Origin: a virus | Lineage: Duplodnaviria > Heunggongvirae > Uroviricota > Caudoviricetes | Direction: 5' to 3' (one strand) | Virus record (IMG/VR): IMGVR_UViG_2630968342_000015 | Length of the DNA stretch: 14,640 nt | Part shown: positions 14,052 through 14,640 of the stretch, in pieces | How positions within the stretch are numbered: the stretch's first letter is position 1 | Layout: the number at the start of each line of letters is the position of its first letter | Program-made: the position numbers and the translations under genes | The notes under the pieces: model-generated | The model's input: the letters and a program-made list of their open reading frames with translations, nothing else | Told to the model about the DNA's origin: nothing | Databases searched by the model: none

Positions 14052-14071
14052 GACCATGAAACTACGGAAAC

Positions 14072-14142
14072 TACCCGTAGTTTGGGTAGTAAGAGTAACA
14101 CCCAGATTTTGGGTCTTACTCGTGATACCCAAATTTGGGGTA
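14072..14142. repeat. Three 17-bp palindromic sites (T)ACCC-N7-GGGT(A) with centres exactly 27 bp apart; operator-like or tandem RNA hairpins
   Basis: TACCCgtagtttGGGTA 14072-14088, cACCCagattttGGGTc 14099-14115, TACCCaaatttgGGGTA 14126-14142. Centres at 14080, 14107 and 14134. Confidence 0.75.
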
Positions 14143-14363
14143 TCAGTGGCAACCATAACGACTTTCGTTACGGTTGATGCTTTTACCCCATTGGGGGAAA
14201 GGTATTACGATAATCATAACACCTACCGAACAGGTAAAGCCCACCAGCCTGATTAACGTTTAACCGGAAAAAAATTCCGGTAGGTGGGGATCCCCATATC
14301 GACATTAACGCCCCTCATGAATTGGTGCGCTTCCCCCTGGAAAGATGATCCGCCTGTATATTT

Positions 14364-14398
14364 CTTGTGTCTATTTGTTCCACGTTGTTTCATACAGT
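14364..14398 (+). repeat. Three TTGT-core motifs on a 10-bp phase near the right end; homolog of 6862-6896
   Basis: TTGTGT 14364, TTGTTC 14374, TTGTTT 14384. Shares an exact 15-mer with 6872-6886. Confidence 0.65.
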
Positions 14399-14407
14399 GC
14401 ACCGAAC

Positions 14408-14430
14408 GGTGTAGTCACTGGTGTAGTCAT
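14408..14430 (+). repeat. Tandem direct repeat GGTGTAGTCA x2 (12-bp period); candidate integrase arm-type sites
   Basis: Copies at 14408-14417 and 14420-14429, about 70-90 bp from the presumed junction. Confidence 0.4.
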
Positions 14431-14473
14431 TTTGCGATTTTTGGCACTTTTTGCGGTGAAAATTATTTAATTA

Positions 14474-14486
14474 AATCAACGTGTTA
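14474..14486 (+). promoter_or_regulatory. IHF consensus match (WATCAANNNNTTR) with an A/T-rich upstream tract
   Basis: AATCAACGTGTTA matches every consensus position. It is preceded by AAAATTATTTAATTAA and lies about 15-25 bp from the presumed junction. Confidence 0.45.
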
Positions 14487-14640
14487 TGTGAAATAAGTTA
14501 TATATAACAGCAATAAATAATGCGAGAATAAACGGCACGATGATCTCGGCGGCAAAACGGATACCGCAGAGAATAATGACCAGCATTCCCAACATAATGA
14601 CGATTTTTAGGCCATTGAGCGTGATGATCGGCTTTGCCAT
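14476..14640 (-). pseudogene. tqsA: Truncated 5' fragment of a tqsA/ydgG-like AI-2E (PerM) family permease gene, disrupted by the island
   Basis: The minus-strand ATG at 14640 gives [46 protein letters not shown], which matches my recollection of the E. coli TqsA N-terminus. It then diverges (YNLFHITR) to a stop at 14476-14478. Too short (54 aa) to appear in the ORF track. Confidence 0.55.

Larger units (their letters stand above)
13964..14296. other. ORF-poor cluster of palindromes and hairpins (candidate structured RNA or multi-protein binding region)
   Basis: TAATCAT-T-ATGATTA 13964-13978. AAACTACGG/CCGTAGTTT 14059-14083, with the tandem repeat GAAACTAC x2. GTAAG..CTTAC 14089-14119. An 11-bp stem at 14151-14175. 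CACCTACCG (14220-14228) pairs with CGGTAGGTG (14278-14286). ACCGGAA/TTCCGGT 14263-14281. TGGGGATCCCCA 14285-14296. Confidence 0.6.
1..14500 (+). mobile_element. Integrated tail-less phage satellite with capsid-forming PICI (cf-PICI) architecture. Right junction is near 14500; left junction is upstream of the window.
   Basis: Co-directional int, alpA, primase-helicase plus iteron ori, then an HK97-type capsid/protease/portal/connector/HNH/TerS/TerL block. No tail or lysis genes. About 14.5 kb. A truncated host gene sits at the right edge. Confidence 0.75.

Noticed and set aside
14030-14300. Retron msr/msd-like ncRNA or a ToxI-type tandem-repeat antitoxin RNA
   Set aside because: There is no reverse transcriptase or ToxN-like gene anywhere in the window. 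The repeats are inverted-repeat units 27 bp apart, not head-to-tail 36-nt repeats.
13847-14474. A cluster of restriction-site palindromes (two TTAATTAA, one AGATCT, one GGATCC) as a sign of engineering or a cloning scar
   Set aside because: The sites sit inside longer natural-looking palindromes and AT-rich tracts, with no vector-like sequence around them. This is most simply a by-product of palindrome-rich DNA.
13896-14496. Short ORFs in the right-end region (13896-14156 minus; 13995-14177, 14026-14256 and 14284-14496 plus)
   Set aside because: They overlap one another and lack well-spaced SDs. Their apparent internal peptide repeats (for example TQILGLT/TQIWGIS) simply mirror the nucleotide palindromes. 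The last ORF runs across the att-arm repeats.
14180-14500. tRNA or tmRNA gene or fragment at the integration junction, expected for a P4-type integrase
   Set aside because: I could not fold any cloverleaf or find a T-arm/acceptor-CCA pattern. The flanking sequence reads instead as the 5' end of a membrane-protein gene.

Overview
Nearly the whole window is one integrated phage satellite of about 14.5 kb with the layout of a capsid-forming PICI (cf-PICI). From left to right it carries:
- a P4-type tyrosine integrase (1-1218) and an AlpA-family regulator;
- a leftward Arc-like RHH repressor module;
- a rightward replication operon (Icd-like protein, two small unknowns, SF3 primase-helicase) ending at an iteron origin (5251-5475);
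- SSB, a PerC-like regulator and a small moron-like gene;
- a co-directional HK97-type head and packaging block: major capsid, prohead protease, portal, head-closure adaptor, gp6-like connector, HNH, P27-type TerS and TerL.

I found no tail, lysis or cI/Cro-type genes, and no tRNA, rRNA or CRISPR array. The last ~750 bp of the element (13739-14500) has no credible ORF. It is dense with palindromes, hairpins and att-arm-like repeats, and it abuts a truncated 5' fragment of a tqsA-like permease gene (14476-14640, minus strand), which marks the right junction. The left junction lies upstream of the window.

Signals most worth follow-up:
1. Three 17-bp TACCC-N7-GGGTA palindromes spaced exactly 27 bp apart in the ORF-free right end.
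2. A minus-strand intrinsic terminator whose stem is fully paired only in minus-strand RNA, implying an antisense RNA over the start of the replication operon next to the Arc-like repressor.
3. Phased TTGTTC repeat arrays at three sites that share a TGTTC core with the ori iterons. Two of them bracket the packaging module.
4. A strong intrinsic terminator directly abutting the capsid start codon.
5. A head-gene order that is scrambled relative to HK97.

All protein family calls come from reading motifs by eye and from recall. No searches were run.
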